From: Cyanobacteria bacterium auto_48_18
GTDB lineage: Bacteria; Cyanobacteriota; Vampirovibrionia; Obscuribacterales; Obscuribacteraceae
Assembly: GCA_036170915.1 (NCBI GenBank)
Contig: JAVHQC010000017.1
Span: 10,245-74,244 of the forward strand
Reading direction: 5' to 3'
DNA length: 64,000 nucleotides
The translations under genes and the position numbers were made by a program. Below are positions 17,780-27,971 of the stretch, in pieces. Numbering within the stretch: the first letter of the stretch is position 1; the number at the start of each line of letters is the position of its first letter. The notes under the pieces were generated by a model. It was given only the letters and a program-made list of their open reading frames with translations, searched no databases and was not told where the DNA came from.

Positions 17780-18529
17780 TCAGCGCGGCCTCGCCAGCTT
17801 ATCTAAACCCTTTTGCGCCAGTTGTTTCAGCCTTAGTGGTGCCAGTTTATCGTTCAGTACTTTTTGGTAATGCACCTCTGCTTCAGCGTTGCGGTGCAAC
17901 ATTACCGATGAAACGCCCATTAAGTATTGCAATTCAATGGCGGCTGGGTTGCGTGCATACATGCTCTGTAAGTGATTTAAAGCCGCCTCATATCTGCCTT
18001 CGCGAATATCAACGAGAGTTGTTCTAATGGGGCTGTCGGGCACCACTTTGAAAAAATTGGCTTCTCTAGAAGCGTTATTATTTTCGCTTTTATCGTTGCC
18101 GAACATGCTGCCAGGCCCATCATCTTCGCTGCGTCCGTCACCTTCATCTTTGGCGAGTTGTTGCGCTTTTTTCAAAGCCTCATCGGCGCCGGGGGTGTTG
18201 CCGATGGCGCCATTTGCTGGTGGTGCTGCCAGATTATTTATATTAGACAGATTGGGGTCGACTGGCGCCGCATCACTGATGGCGTCAGGCGTAGGTGTGG
18301 GAAGTGTGTTGAGGTTGGGAAAATCAGCCGCTCTTGAGGGGTTTGGATCATCAGTGCGACCCAGGCCCTCTAAGGGATTGCCACCACCAATGGCCTCAGG
18401 TCGCGGTGGCAAAATGCTCTGTGCCATGGCCGCTGGTGAAATTTGTGAATATTCCCCCAGGCAAACGCATACGCTCAAGCAGAGAAGAGCGGTTCGGGCG
18501 GTGGGTAAAGATGGCTTGCGTTTGATCAT
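17780..18529 (-). CDS. Exported Pro-rich protein with C-terminal TPR-like helices
   Basis: Signal peptide; YEAALNHL...YLMGV...AEAEVHYQKV. Confidence 0.7.
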   Translation of the reverse strand: MIKRKPSLPTARTALLCLSVCVCLGEYSQISPAAMAQSILPPRPEAIGGGNPLEGLGRTDDPNPSRAADFPNLNTLPTPTPDAISDAAPVDPNLSNINNLAAPPANGAIGNTPGADEALKKAQQLAKDEGDGRSEDDGPGSMFGNDKSENNNASREANFFKVVPDSPIRTTLVDIREGRYEAALNHLQSMYARNPAAIELQYLMGVSSVMLHRNAEAEVHYQKVLNDKLAPLRLKQLAQKGLDKLARPR

Positions 18530-18948
18530 CGCAAATTGCTGCGCACAATCTTTGAAATCCAGGGTAGTTCTAAATATTTGCCACGTAGTGACTGCACGAT
18601 ACCAGCGATGATCAAGATAGAGAAAGAGTAGCCGAGCATACGAATGGCAAAGGCCACAATGCCTAAAGCGCCCGTAGAGTTTTCTAACGCGGCAGGGCCA
18701 AAGAGTCCGATAATTCCACCCAACGTGCTTAAAAGCGTGCTACCGGTCCAGGTAATAAAGGCACAAAGCATGCCGGTGAGCAGAGCTTGGAGAAAATGAA
18801 AACGGAAAAACATCGCTTTATTGTCTCTGCCGTTGGCGATGATATAGATAAAACCCGCCAGACCGGCGGTCAGATAACAGAGGGCCGACATCACCTTGAC
18901 CATCAAATCTGAACTCTGTACTTTTTTCGGTGCGTATTTCGCAGGCAT
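18526..18948 (-). CDS. DUF4870 / Tic20-like membrane protein
   Basis: ALCYL...FRFHFLQA...GKYLELPWI pattern with 3-4 TM segments; GGAG RBS. Confidence 0.7.
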   Translation of the reverse strand: MPAKYAPKKVQSSDLMVKVMSALCYLTAGLAGFIYIIANGRDNKAMFFRFHFLQALLTGMLCAFITWTGSTLLSTLGGIIGLFGPAALENSTGALGIVAFAIRMLGYSFSILIIAGIVQSLRGKYLELPWISKIVRSNLR

Positions 18949-19062
18949 TTTATTGATTCGCTCCTTCGCTCACCTTTATTTTAGCGTTTTGCTGCCGCTT
19001 CGCCGCATTTACTAGCTAAAATCACCTATATTGATTGACCTGACAGATTCTGGGAACATTTA

Positions 19063-20733
19063 ATGGCAGGTATGTCTTCATCTGAGCAAATACAACAACG
19101 AATAATTGACTTGCTTTCGGCCTTTGAGCTGGAAGATGTAATGGAGCGCGTCGGTAATGCCGTGCTTGAAGTTTCAGGCGCTCAATCGGCTGCTATTTTG
19201 ATGTGGGATGCCGATTTAGAGACATTTGCCGACCGTGTCTATGTTGGCGATAAGCAGAAAGATTTACGCGCCCTGGCCGAAGCTTTTGTAGAAAAATACG
19301 ACGGCGATGATTTTGAAGCTGGTGATGTGGAGCTCAAAGTCGAAGATTTGCGCGAAGTCGAGGGTCTGACACTGCCTCCTTCGCTGTTGAAAAATCTTGG
19401 CGACGCCTATCTTTTGACGGCCGTTAACCAGGGTCAAAGACGTGCTTTTGTGCTTTTTGCCGGCAGCGAATTAAAAAGTGTGGACGCTCTGGAAGAGGAT
19501 ATTTCGCCTTATCCATTTTCTCTAGCTCTCGGTCGCGGCTGGGAGAGCAAAGAGTTGCAGCGTGAGAACGAACGCTTGCGCAGCCAGTACGAAGAAATTG
19601 AAGACAAAACCAGCAGCATGGAAGAGCAGACACGCAAGCTCATCCACGATATCACCGCTCGTGATGCCATTCGCATGAAGCACCTTGAGCGGGAGCGGCT
19701 TGTTTACTGGATTAGCAATGCTGTGCGTAGTTCTGTGCATATCAAAGAAGTGCTCGATACAACAGTAGAGAAAATCGGCGCCACATTTGGCGTCAGCAGA
19801 TGTCTTTTGCTGCGGCCGCATAACAGCCTCAATGAGCTTGATGTTTTTGAGTATACTCAGGCTAATGTTGCCCCTGTGAAAGATGTTTTTCACACAGATC
19901 TCGGGCGCGATTTTACCCTCAAAGCTTTGAGCAAAGAAACTCCTGAGAATATTGAAGACCCTGATTTTGACGAGCGCACCACTTATGATCGTGGTTTTCT
20001 CAAAGAGCTAAATCTGCGCAGCGGCTTAATTGTGCCGCTGGTGATGCGCGATCAAGTGCTCGGCGTTTTGTTTTTACAAGACACCACTGTCAGTCGCGAC
20101 TGGAGCATTGATGACATTTCACTGATTGGTTCACTGGCAGACAATCTCTCGGTAGCTATTGAAAATGCCGAGCTGCATCAAGAGAGAGAAATGCAAGCGG
20201 TGATGGACGGTCTCACTGGTGTCTTTAATCGTCGAGCATTTACCGAAGCCTTGCATAAAGAATTTGAGCGAGCTAAACGCTACGATCACACACTCTCGTT
20301 GATTATTGTTGACCTTGATTTTCTCAAAAAAATTAATGACAATTTCGGCCACATGGCAGGCGACGAAGCGATTCGTTCAATTGGCCAAATTTTGCGTCAA
20401 TCTTCGCGTTCCATCGACTTTTGCGCCAGATATGGCGGGGAAGAGTTTTGCTTACTTTTGCCTAACACTGAAATAGATATGGCTGAACAGCTTGCTGAGC
20501 GTCTCAGACGACTGATCAGTGAGATTACGGTGGAAGGCCACGGTAATATTTCGGCAAGCCTTGGAGTGGCCAGCTATCCGCTTCATTGTGATTCGGCTGA
20601 CGACCTTTTCCATAAAGCTGATGAGGCGCTGTATTGCGCCAAAGAAGGCGGGCGTAACTGCGTCAAAGTTTCTACGGCCAAGGGTTCAGGTCGCAAAGCG
20701 GGCGAGTCTGAAAGCACTGTCGACGTTCGCTAA
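19063..20733 (+). CDS. GAF-containing diguanylate cyclase
   Basis: GAF domain, DGLTGVFNRR, DLDFLKKINDNFGH, I-site RSID, intact RYGGEEF. Confidence 0.92.
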   Translation: MAGMSSSEQIQQRIIDLLSAFELEDVMERVGNAVLEVSGAQSAAILMWDADLETFADRVYVGDKQKDLRALAEAFVEKYDGDDFEAGDVELKVEDLREVEGLTLPPSLLKNLGDAYLLTAVNQGQRRAFVLFAGSELKSVDALEEDISPYPFSLALGRGWESKELQRENERLRSQYEEIEDKTSSMEEQTRKLIHDITARDAIRMKHLERERLVYWISNAVRSSVHIKEVLDTTVEKIGATFGVSRCLLLRPHNSLNELDVFEYTQANVAPVKDVFHTDLGRDFTLKALSKETPENIEDPDFDERTTYDRGFLKELNLRSGLIVPLVMRDQVLGVLFLQDTTVSRDWSIDDISLIGSLADNLSVAIENAELHQEREMQAVMDGLTGVFNRRAFTEALHKEFERAKRYDHTLSLIIVDLDFLKKINDNFGHMAGDEAIRSIGQILRQSSRSIDFCARYGGEEFCLLLPNTEIDMAEQLAERLRRLISEITVEGHGNISASLGVASYPLHCDSADDLFHKADEALYCAKEGGRNCVKVSTAKGSGRKAGESESTVDVR

Positions 20734-20835
20734 ATTTTTCACTTTTAGGGCCGGTTTTGGCAGGTTCGCTTTTTTCCTGGCAAGGTATAAGGTGAAGTAT
20801 GAGACTTTATTCGCTTAGTTAAGGGAGACTCCATC

Positions 20836-21360
20836 GTGAGCATCATTGATAACGTCATCAACACTGTTACTAAAGAGGTCAATAAAGTTCAATCCCGTGC
20901 CCAGGAGGGCATACAAGCCTTTAATTTAGCCAATCAAATTAAGGAGCTTGAACGCAAAAAGCATGCCAAGCTGGCCGAAATCGGCAAGTTGGTCTTTGAC
21001 AAGCATCAAAATAATAAAGATATCTCCGACGATTTGTTGAAAGAGCGCTGCAGTGAAATTTCAGCTGTAGATCACGAGATTTCAGTGTTGCAGTCAGAGC
21101 TTGATCAAATCAAGGTCAATCATGATCCTGATGCAACTCCTGCTCAGAAAGCTGAAGCAAAAGCCGGATACAGCGCTTCGCCTGGTTTTACATGCGAAAG
21201 TTGCGGCGCTCCTGCTAATCGTGAGCGAGCTTTCTGCCCAGCCTGCGGTTCATCGCTCAAGAATTCCGGCGAAGAGAAATCTAAAAGCAACGGTGATTCT
21301 GGCACTGAAGAGGTTGACGTAGAGCCTGAAGACGACCCTCCGCACACATCAACTGTTTAG
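20836..21360 (+). CDS. Coiled-coil plus zinc-ribbon protein
   Basis: AGGGAG RBS, GTG start; CESC...FCPACG. Confidence 0.8.
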   Translation: MSIIDNVINTVTKEVNKVQSRAQEGIQAFNLANQIKELERKKHAKLAEIGKLVFDKHQNNKDISDDLLKERCSEISAVDHEISVLQSELDQIKVNHDPDATPAQKAEAKAGYSASPGFTCESCGAPANRERAFCPACGSSLKNSGEEKSKSNGDSGTEEVDVEPEDDPPHTSTV

Positions 21361-21381
21361 GCTTTCAGGCATATGCCAATT

Positions 21382-21413
21382 AAAAAACTAGACTGATATC
21401 AGTCTAGTTTTTT
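21382..21413. terminator. Perfect 32-bp palindrome, bidirectional-type terminator
   Basis: AAAAAACTAGACTGAT-ATCAGTCTAGTTTTTT. Confidence 0.8.
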
Positions 21414-21577
21414 TTAGCCCTGCGTATCCCCTGCCTAAGCTATGTTTCAGCGCTTTTATAATGACATGTCAGGGGTACCTTTTAAGGGGTGCTTTCAGGG
21501 GTTCTCTGCCGGTGCTTGAAGGGTATATATTGCTACAGCGCTAGCTAAATTTGACCAACACTTTAAAGGGTGAAAAA

Positions 21578-22096
21578 GTGAGTAGCATTCTCAATCTGGC
21601 CCAATTTCAGCTTAGCGAAATGCCGCCAGGCTGGTTGGCTCAGCCCATTGACAGTACTCTTGGTAGCGAACGAGTGGTGCAGGAGTTCTATCTGCAAGCC
21701 GAACCTGAAGTGAAATTTCTCTATTTTTATCGCGGTCAGCCGCTCTCTAAAATCGTAGCTGATGATTTTGTCGACCTTCTATCGCTGGCACCTCATGCAC
21801 TTAGCGATGAAGAGTTCAGCAATATTGAAATGGTCGTGCGCGATGCCTCTGAGCCTGAGTTTTTTGAAATGCTCGATAAACACACTGAGAGTCTGGGTGG
21901 TCGCAACGCGCTGGTGATTGAAGGCATTTGGAAATTTTCAGACGTTCAAGACCTGGGAATATTTATTACAGGTAGCGATGCTCGAGTGATTGACGAGTTG
22001 CACTTTACCGCCCCAAAGCAGCTCTTCAAGCACTTCAAAGCCAATCTTCACGATATTCTTGCACTGGTGGAATGGAGGCAAGAAAGACATTTCTGA
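21578..22096 (+). CDS. Hypothetical protein, possibly PsbP/Mog1/DcrB-like fold
   Basis: PPGW, LGGRNALVIEG and ELHFTAP followed by a terminal helix; GTG start at 21578 chosen. Fold is a guess. Confidence 0.6.
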   Translation: MSSILNLAQFQLSEMPPGWLAQPIDSTLGSERVVQEFYLQAEPEVKFLYFYRGQPLSKIVADDFVDLLSLAPHALSDEEFSNIEMVVRDASEPEFFEMLDKHTESLGGRNALVIEGIWKFSDVQDLGIFITGSDARVIDELHFTAPKQLFKHFKANLHDILALVEWRQERHF

Positions 22097-22103
22097 GATT
22101 ACC

Positions 22104-23267
22104 GTGTCTATTGAAAACGAATCAAACGAAACACTTTTAGCTATGAAGCAAAGCTTCGACAGCTTGCTTATGGGATGCAGTCTTGCCGGTGTGCAATCAC
22201 CATCAGAGATCGAAGATCAGTTTTTGCAAGTGCAGGCCGAACTCGCCAGACGTGGTGTTAGCAGTCAGAGAGCAACATCCAGCTGGACCGACCTGCTCGG
22301 TCAGGAAATTGGCAATTATCGCCTTGACTACTTGATTGAAGAAGGCTTTTACTTTTATTTGTTTCACGCAGTAGAAATTGGCACGAATCTAGAATTTACA
22401 GTGAAGCTGGCTAAAGCCCGCCATGAATTTGGACCCCAAGCCGGCGCGCTTATAAATCCAACCAGGTTGCTTGGTATTACCCATGATGTCATTCGCGAGC
22501 TTGTACCAAAGGCTCAACTTTTACTTCGTTGCGAAGTCAATCGTCTGGCCTTACTTCATCCGCAGCTACCTGTGGTCAGCTGCGCTCAAGATCAGTTCTA
22601 TAGCACCACATTTAGTGCCGGTCGCACATTGCGCGATATTATCAAACACGATGTCGATTCCGGGCCGCAAGTATTGTCTGCGGCGGTTGATATTTGTACC
22701 GTGATGGCTGAATTGTCTGAGAATACAGCTTTTGTTCAGCACGGTAATCTCAAGCCTGAGAATATTCTGGTTACCAAAAATGGTTTGCTCTTCCGCGAAC
22801 TAGGTTACTTTGGTGCCATGGAAGTTGATGAAGGAGAATTAGAAGAAGGCCGAATTGAAGCTGAGGCCATCCTCACCACTCCCCAGTATTATCCGTGGCT
22901 CGATTGCGACGACATTACTGCTTTAGGCATCATTCTCTGGGAAACTTTTGTCGGTTTTAACCCATTTGCCGAGGGCGCGGCCAATGTCGCTTCTCCCGAG
23001 CAGACCAATTGGGCCAGTGATTCTCTCAGGGCCATGATCGAGATGGAGCTCGCTATGTCTAATCCGTATCTCACTCCATTATTGTCATTGCGCCGCCCTT
23101 CAGAGCTATTGCCCGATTTGTCGAGCGGTATGGAGGAATTGCTGTTGAAAACCCTGCGATTGCGCATCGGTACTGACGGCAAACTTCATGAAAGTGAGGG
23201 ATACGAGTCATTCTTGGCATTGCGGGAAGACCTCAGCCGTTTCTTAGAACTGACTAAGACTGACTAA
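22104..23267 (+). CDS. Hanks-type Ser/Thr kinase-fold protein with degenerate catalytic motifs
   Basis: IGNYRL, VKLAK, HGNLKPENILV, ELG in place of DFG, TPQY, DITALGIILWE, GFNPF; GTG 22104 is the likely start. Confidence 0.8.
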   Translation: MSIENESNETLLAMKQSFDSLLMGCSLAGVQSPSEIEDQFLQVQAELARRGVSSQRATSSWTDLLGQEIGNYRLDYLIEEGFYFYLFHAVEIGTNLEFTVKLAKARHEFGPQAGALINPTRLLGITHDVIRELVPKAQLLLRCEVNRLALLHPQLPVVSCAQDQFYSTTFSAGRTLRDIIKHDVDSGPQVLSAAVDICTVMAELSENTAFVQHGNLKPENILVTKNGLLFRELGYFGAMEVDEGELEEGRIEAEAILTTPQYYPWLDCDDITALGIILWETFVGFNPFAEGAANVASPEQTNWASDSLRAMIEMELAMSNPYLTPLLSLRRPSELLPDLSSGMEELLLKTLRLRIGTDGKLHESEGYESFLALREDLSRFLELTKTD

Positions 23268-23356
23268 TTGCTTAAATGAGCAATAATTGATTCAGCTAAT
23301 TGAACTTTTTACCCTGTTAGATCGTCTTCAATTAGACGAAGCAGATTCAGGAAGTC

Positions 23357-25204
23357 ATGAAGTCAGGTTTTCGTTCGGTTCTCTTAGCGCTCATATTGAG
23401 CTCAGGCCTTGCCGCCGCGGGTGAGAATGCTCTGGCGCAAAATTCGCAGAATAACGTTCTAACGCAAAAGCCTGATACTGGTCCTGATCCAATCGCTGAC
23501 CGCAAAGCCTTAGACAAGGGTGGTGTGGCTAACACCGGCCTTGAGCGCATAGCGCCGCCGATTTCTGAAATCCATGACAACTCACTGCCTTCGCAGGCTC
23601 CACTGACTCCAGCAACTAATTTAGGCGACGCACCAGCGCTACCAGATAGTCGGGCCAATGAAGCGACCTCTCGCTCTATGTTGCGCCCACCTGGCAATGC
23701 CAGCTTGGGTGACTTGTATCCGGTCAAGCCCGGGCCAAATTTTTCAGCCGAAAATACCGACATGAAATTGACCAGCACTGAGCTCGATAAAGCGCGCTCC
23801 ATTTCGCTGGGTCAAATCAATATGTCTGAGCTTTTGCCTATTGGTAAGGGCAAATTGCCGCCTATTAAACTTGAAGCTGCCTATAACGAGCAGCTTACCC
23901 TCAAGCAGGCTCTGCTTTATGCTTTGAGCAATAATTTGCCCATTCGCATTTCTCAAGCGGCTTATCAATCGCAGCGCTATCAGTTTTTCGGCTCAATGGC
24001 ACAGGCTCTACCTGATTTCACTTTGACATATCGCGGGCAGCGCACAGACACGCAGAACGGCGTAGGCACTCCCTTTTTCACCAATGCAGCTACTGTTCGC
24101 TATCCTGTTTTTCAGGGTGGTGGCATACTTTTTAATTCGCTGGCTAACTTGAGTCGCGCTAAAGCCGGCAAGAATGCTTATAAAGCCAGTATTAATGACA
24201 CCATGCTTAGTGTCTATCAGCGCTATAACGATCTTTTGCTCAATCATCTGCTCTTGCGCATTCGCATCAAGTCTGTAGAACTTTCCCGTGCTCAGGTGCA
24301 ACTTAATCAAGAGCTGAAAGATGCAGGAGTGGGCACAAATTTTGCCATCTATCAGTCGCGCACTCAGCTGGCTTTAGACAAGCAAGCCTTGCTGCAGCAG
24401 CAAGTTAATTTGCGTCAAGCGGCTCTGCAGCTTGCTCTTCTGCTAAACACTAATATCGCCATCAACTTCTTACCTGATCAAGATAGAGTAAGCGAAGCGC
24501 ATTTGTTTGGAGACGCCATCGATATCAATAAACTGACAGTGGCTGCCACTCGCTTTCGGCCAGAGCTAAAGCAATTCGAATATCTTCGCCGTGCTGCCGA
24601 CCGTAATATTCAAGTTGCCGCCGCTCCCCTCTATCCGACTTTTCAGTTTTTCACCACTCAGACTGTAACCAAGTCTGGTAGGTCCGGCGGTGCCGGCAAC
24701 AATTTAACAGGTTCCACCGTCATTATTCCTACTGGAGGTAATGGTGGCGGAATTGGAGTCAGCGGGGGCGGTGGGCGTTCGTTGAGTGCCGGTTTTGACC
24801 TCAGTTGGAATATAAATGGATTTGGTTTGCCAGATGTCGCCAATACTTTGTCTGCCCGCGCTCTGGCCCGCCAATCAATGCTGCAGCTCAATCAACAGGT
24901 AATTACAGTTTTGCAACAAGTACGCAGCTCTTATCTCAATATGCTCACTGCCGAAGCCCAGGTTGATGTGGCTGGCGAAGCGGTGGTGGCAGCCACAGAG
25001 CAATTGCGTCTGGCTAATTTGCGTTTGCGTTATGGTCAAGGCATCAACCTCGAATTGATTCAAGCCCAGCGCGAATATATCAACGCCCTTACCACACAAG
25101 CGCAGGCAATCATCAATTACAATGTTGCCCAGGCACAATTGTTGCGCGACACTGGTTTGATTTCCGTACCTACTCTTACCGCCGAAGTCAGGCCAAGTCT
25201 ATGA
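23357..25204 (+). CDS. TolC-family outer membrane efflux protein
   Basis: Signal peptide; LTLKQALLYALSNN; RPELKQ; LANLRLRYGQG...LELIQAQ. Confidence 0.88.
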   Translation: MKSGFRSVLLALILSSGLAAAGENALAQNSQNNVLTQKPDTGPDPIADRKALDKGGVANTGLERIAPPISEIHDNSLPSQAPLTPATNLGDAPALPDSRANEATSRSMLRPPGNASLGDLYPVKPGPNFSAENTDMKLTSTELDKARSISLGQINMSELLPIGKGKLPPIKLEAAYNEQLTLKQALLYALSNNLPIRISQAAYQSQRYQFFGSMAQALPDFTLTYRGQRTDTQNGVGTPFFTNAATVRYPVFQGGGILFNSLANLSRAKAGKNAYKASINDTMLSVYQRYNDLLLNHLLLRIRIKSVELSRAQVQLNQELKDAGVGTNFAIYQSRTQLALDKQALLQQQVNLRQAALQLALLLNTNIAINFLPDQDRVSEAHLFGDAIDINKLTVAATRFRPELKQFEYLRRAADRNIQVAAAPLYPTFQFFTTQTVTKSGRSGGAGNNLTGSTVIIPTGGNGGGIGVSGGGGRSLSAGFDLSWNINGFGLPDVANTLSARALARQSMLQLNQQVITVLQQVRSSYLNMLTAEAQVDVAGEAVVAATEQLRLANLRLRYGQGINLELIQAQREYINALTTQAQAIINYNVAQAQLLRDTGLISVPTLTAEVRPSL

Positions 25205-26742
25205 AAAGTTTAAATGAGAAAGCGACCACACCTGCGGGTATCGTGCGAATGAAAAAAGCCGGCAACAAAGTCTGGATAGCCGTTAGTTTGCTTGTGCTCA
25301 TCGCCCTGGCAGCGGCTGCCTATTTCTTTTTTGGCCAGAGCAAAGAAAGCAATGATTGGAAGAAAAATACAGTACTAGTTAAGCGTGGCAAGGCTGATAT
25401 GAAAGTTGTCGCCACCGGCATCATTCGCCCTGAACGTGAAGTAAAAATCAGCCCTAAACAAACCGGTCTTCTAAAACAATTACTGGTCAAGCAAGGCGAC
25501 AGAGTTAAAGCCGGCCAGCTCATTGCTCGCATGGATGACAGCAATTTGCTTGGTCAAGTAGAGTCGGCCAAAGGAGCATATCTTGCTTCGATGGATAATT
25601 ATCGCAAAATGAAATCAGGCAATCGACCTCAAGAAGTTGCTGCTTCCTTCTATCAAGAACAAAAAGCACGCCAGGGTGTAAGCAATGCCGAACGCAATAT
25701 CAATCGGCTAAAAGCCCAGATGGAGGCCATTCGCGCTACCCTCGCCCGCGACGAACAGTTTGCTGTTACCCAAGCTTTTCTTGCGAATAATGGTGCCATT
25801 TCAGATCAAGATCGCATTAACGCTGAAACTCAAGCTCGAGTTTCGCGCTCTAATTTAATGGCGGCAGAAAGCGAACTTTCGCAAGCCCATTCAGCCAAGG
25901 CTCAAAGCGAAACTGATTTGCAAACCATCAAACAGCAAAACAATATGATGAAAGTCGGCTTCAGGCAAGAAGATATTTCTGCAGCTCTGCACAGTGCCAG
26001 CCAGACTAAAGGCAGCTTGCAGCAAATCGAGAGTGTATTGCACGATACTCGCATTCTGGCTCCATTTGACGGCATCATTACGCAAAAATATGCCGATGCC
26101 GGGGCCATTGTTACTCCTACAACTTCATCATCCACCACTTCTGCCACATCAAGTTCAATCGTTGCTTTGGCCGGACGTTTAGAAATGGTGGCACAGGTTT
26201 CAGAAGCCAATATCACTAAAGTAAAAGTGGGGCAAGAAGTCGAAATTACAGCCACTGCCATTCCAGACAAAGTGTTCAAGGGTAAAGTTACCCAGATTGC
26301 TCCTGCTGCCATCGTCACTACCAATGTCACCACTTTTGAAGTACACGTTCAGTTGCTTGAGGGTGCCGAAGATGCCCTGCTGGCCGGCATGAACGTCAGC
26401 GCTACTTTTATAGTTGGCCATGACGATAACGCACTGACTATTCCGGCAATTTGCGTAGTTTCAAAAAGAGGGCAGGCTGGCGTTTATGTGCCTGACGCTA
26501 AAGGCGAACCTCAGTTCAAAGAAATTAAAACTGGCGCATCACTGGGCCGAGCGATTGTGGTGCTTTCTGGTTTGAAAGAAGGCGACGTGGTGCTCAAGGG
26601 CCTCAATAAAACACAGTTGAATGCTGAAGGCTATGGCTCTGGTGGAGGCCCTGGTGGCATGCCAGGGGGGCCTGGAGGCGGTGGCCGTGGTGGTCGTGGT
26701 GGCGCTGGTGGTGGCGCAGTGCCCCGTGGTTTCGGTCGTTAG
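25201..26742 (+). CDS. Periplasmic adaptor / membrane fusion protein (MacA-like)
   Basis: N-terminal TM; VKQGDRVKAGQLIA; ILAPFDGII; long coiled coil; Gly-rich tail. Confidence 0.9.
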   Translation: MKSLNEKATTPAGIVRMKKAGNKVWIAVSLLVLIALAAAAYFFFGQSKESNDWKKNTVLVKRGKADMKVVATGIIRPEREVKISPKQTGLLKQLLVKQGDRVKAGQLIARMDDSNLLGQVESAKGAYLASMDNYRKMKSGNRPQEVAASFYQEQKARQGVSNAERNINRLKAQMEAIRATLARDEQFAVTQAFLANNGAISDQDRINAETQARVSRSNLMAAESELSQAHSAKAQSETDLQTIKQQNNMMKVGFRQEDISAALHSASQTKGSLQQIESVLHDTRILAPFDGIITQKYADAGAIVTPTTSSSTTSATSSSIVALAGRLEMVAQVSEANITKVKVGQEVEITATAIPDKVFKGKVTQIAPAAIVTTNVTTFEVHVQLLEGAEDALLAGMNVSATFIVGHDDNALTIPAICVVSKRGQAGVYVPDAKGEPQFKEIKTGASLGRAIVVLSGLKEGDVVLKGLNKTQLNAEGYGSGGGPGGMPGGPGGGGRGGRGGAGGGAVPRGFGR

Positions 26743-26744
26743 GC

Positions 26745-27971
26745 ATGGGGCTGCGTGAATTATTTCTGATTGCCTGGCAAGGTATTTTAAGTAACCGGCT
26801 ACGCAGCGGACTGACCGTGCTTGGTATCGTTATTGGTATCGCTTCGGTGATTACGCTTATGGGCATCGGCGAAGGTGCCAAGCGTGAAGCTGAAAAACAA
26901 GTGCAAGCTTTAGGTGTCAACCTAATTTATATTCGGCCTGGTTCAGTGGGCGCTTCTGGTATTTCTATGGGTCAGGGAACGGCTCCTACACTGACTTATG
27001 AAGATGCATTGGCCATTAAAGAGAACTGTCAGGCGGCAGAAGATGTAGCAGCGCAATATACCGGAACTTTTCAGGTGCAGGCTGGTGAGAAAAATACTTC
27101 CACCACAGTGGTTGGTACTGACGCTTCTTTCCCTGATATTCGCAATTTTCACCCTGCCCAAGGTCGCTTTTTTACCCAGCAAGAAGCTAACGACAGCGCA
27201 AGAGTATGCGCTGTAGGTGATGGTGTGGTAGAAGATTTGTTCTCTGGTGAATCGGCTATCGGACGGCAAATTTTAATTAGAGGTGAACTGTTCACCATCA
27301 TTGGTGTGATGGAACACAAGGGTGCCAATGCTACAGGCGATCAGGACGATCAAATCTTTATACCGATACAAACCGGCTATTCCACTCTCTATGGTTTGAA
27401 TCTGGTCTCAGGACGCGCCGTTAAAAGTATTCTGGTACAGGCAAAATCAGGGGAAGATTTGCAGGCGCAGTTTCAAATTACAAACTTGTTGCGCTTACGT
27501 CACAACGTGCAATCACCTGATGGAGACGATTTTACTATTCGCACGCAAATGGATATTTTGCAAACAGCTCAATCAATTACTGGAGTGTTCGCACTTTTGC
27601 TTGGTGCCACCGCATCAATTTCTCTTCTTGTTGGTGGCATCGGCATTATGAATATCATGCTTGTTTCGGTGACAGAACGCACCAGAGAGATAGGTATTCG
27701 CAAAGCCATTGGTGCTAAGTATCGAGATATTTTGATGCAGTTTGTTATTGAAGCCATCACCCTATCGCTCACAGGCGGCGTTCTCGGTATTTTACTAGGG
27801 CTTGCTAGCGCTTACTGGATTGGCAGTCTCGGTCAGTGGACTACAGTAGTCACTTCTTCGTCAGTGATTATGTCGTTTCTCGTATCGCTGGCCATCGGTT
27901 TATTCTTTGGCATCTATCCCGCTCGCAAAGCTGCTTTGCTCGACCCCATTGTTGCTTTGAGGTCTGAGTAA
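26745..27971 (+). CDS. MacB-like ABC transporter permease
   Basis: RSGLTVLGIVIG; SLLVGGIGIMNIMLVSVTERTREIGIRKAIGA; YPARKAA.DPI.ALR. Confidence 0.93.
   Translation: MGLRELFLIAWQGILSNRLRSGLTVLGIVIGIASVITLMGIGEGAKREAEKQVQALGVNLIYIRPGSVGASGISMGQGTAPTLTYEDALAIKENCQAAEDVAAQYTGTFQVQAGEKNTSTTVVGTDASFPDIRNFHPAQGRFFTQQEANDSARVCAVGDGVVEDLFSGESAIGRQILIRGELFTIIGVMEHKGANATGDQDDQIFIPIQTGYSTLYGLNLVSGRAVKSILVQAKSGEDLQAQFQITNLLRLRHNVQSPDGDDFTIRTQMDILQTAQSITGVFALLLGATASISLLVGGIGIMNIMLVSVTERTREIGIRKAIGAKYRDILMQFVIEAITLSLTGGVLGILLGLASAYWIGSLGQWTTVVTSSSVIMSFLVSLAIGLFFGIYPARKAALLDPIVALRSE

Noticed and set aside
21471..21525. Repeated AGGGGT words upstream of the hypothetical/pseudokinase pair
   Set aside because: Short, irregularly spaced and could arise by chance; no supporting context.
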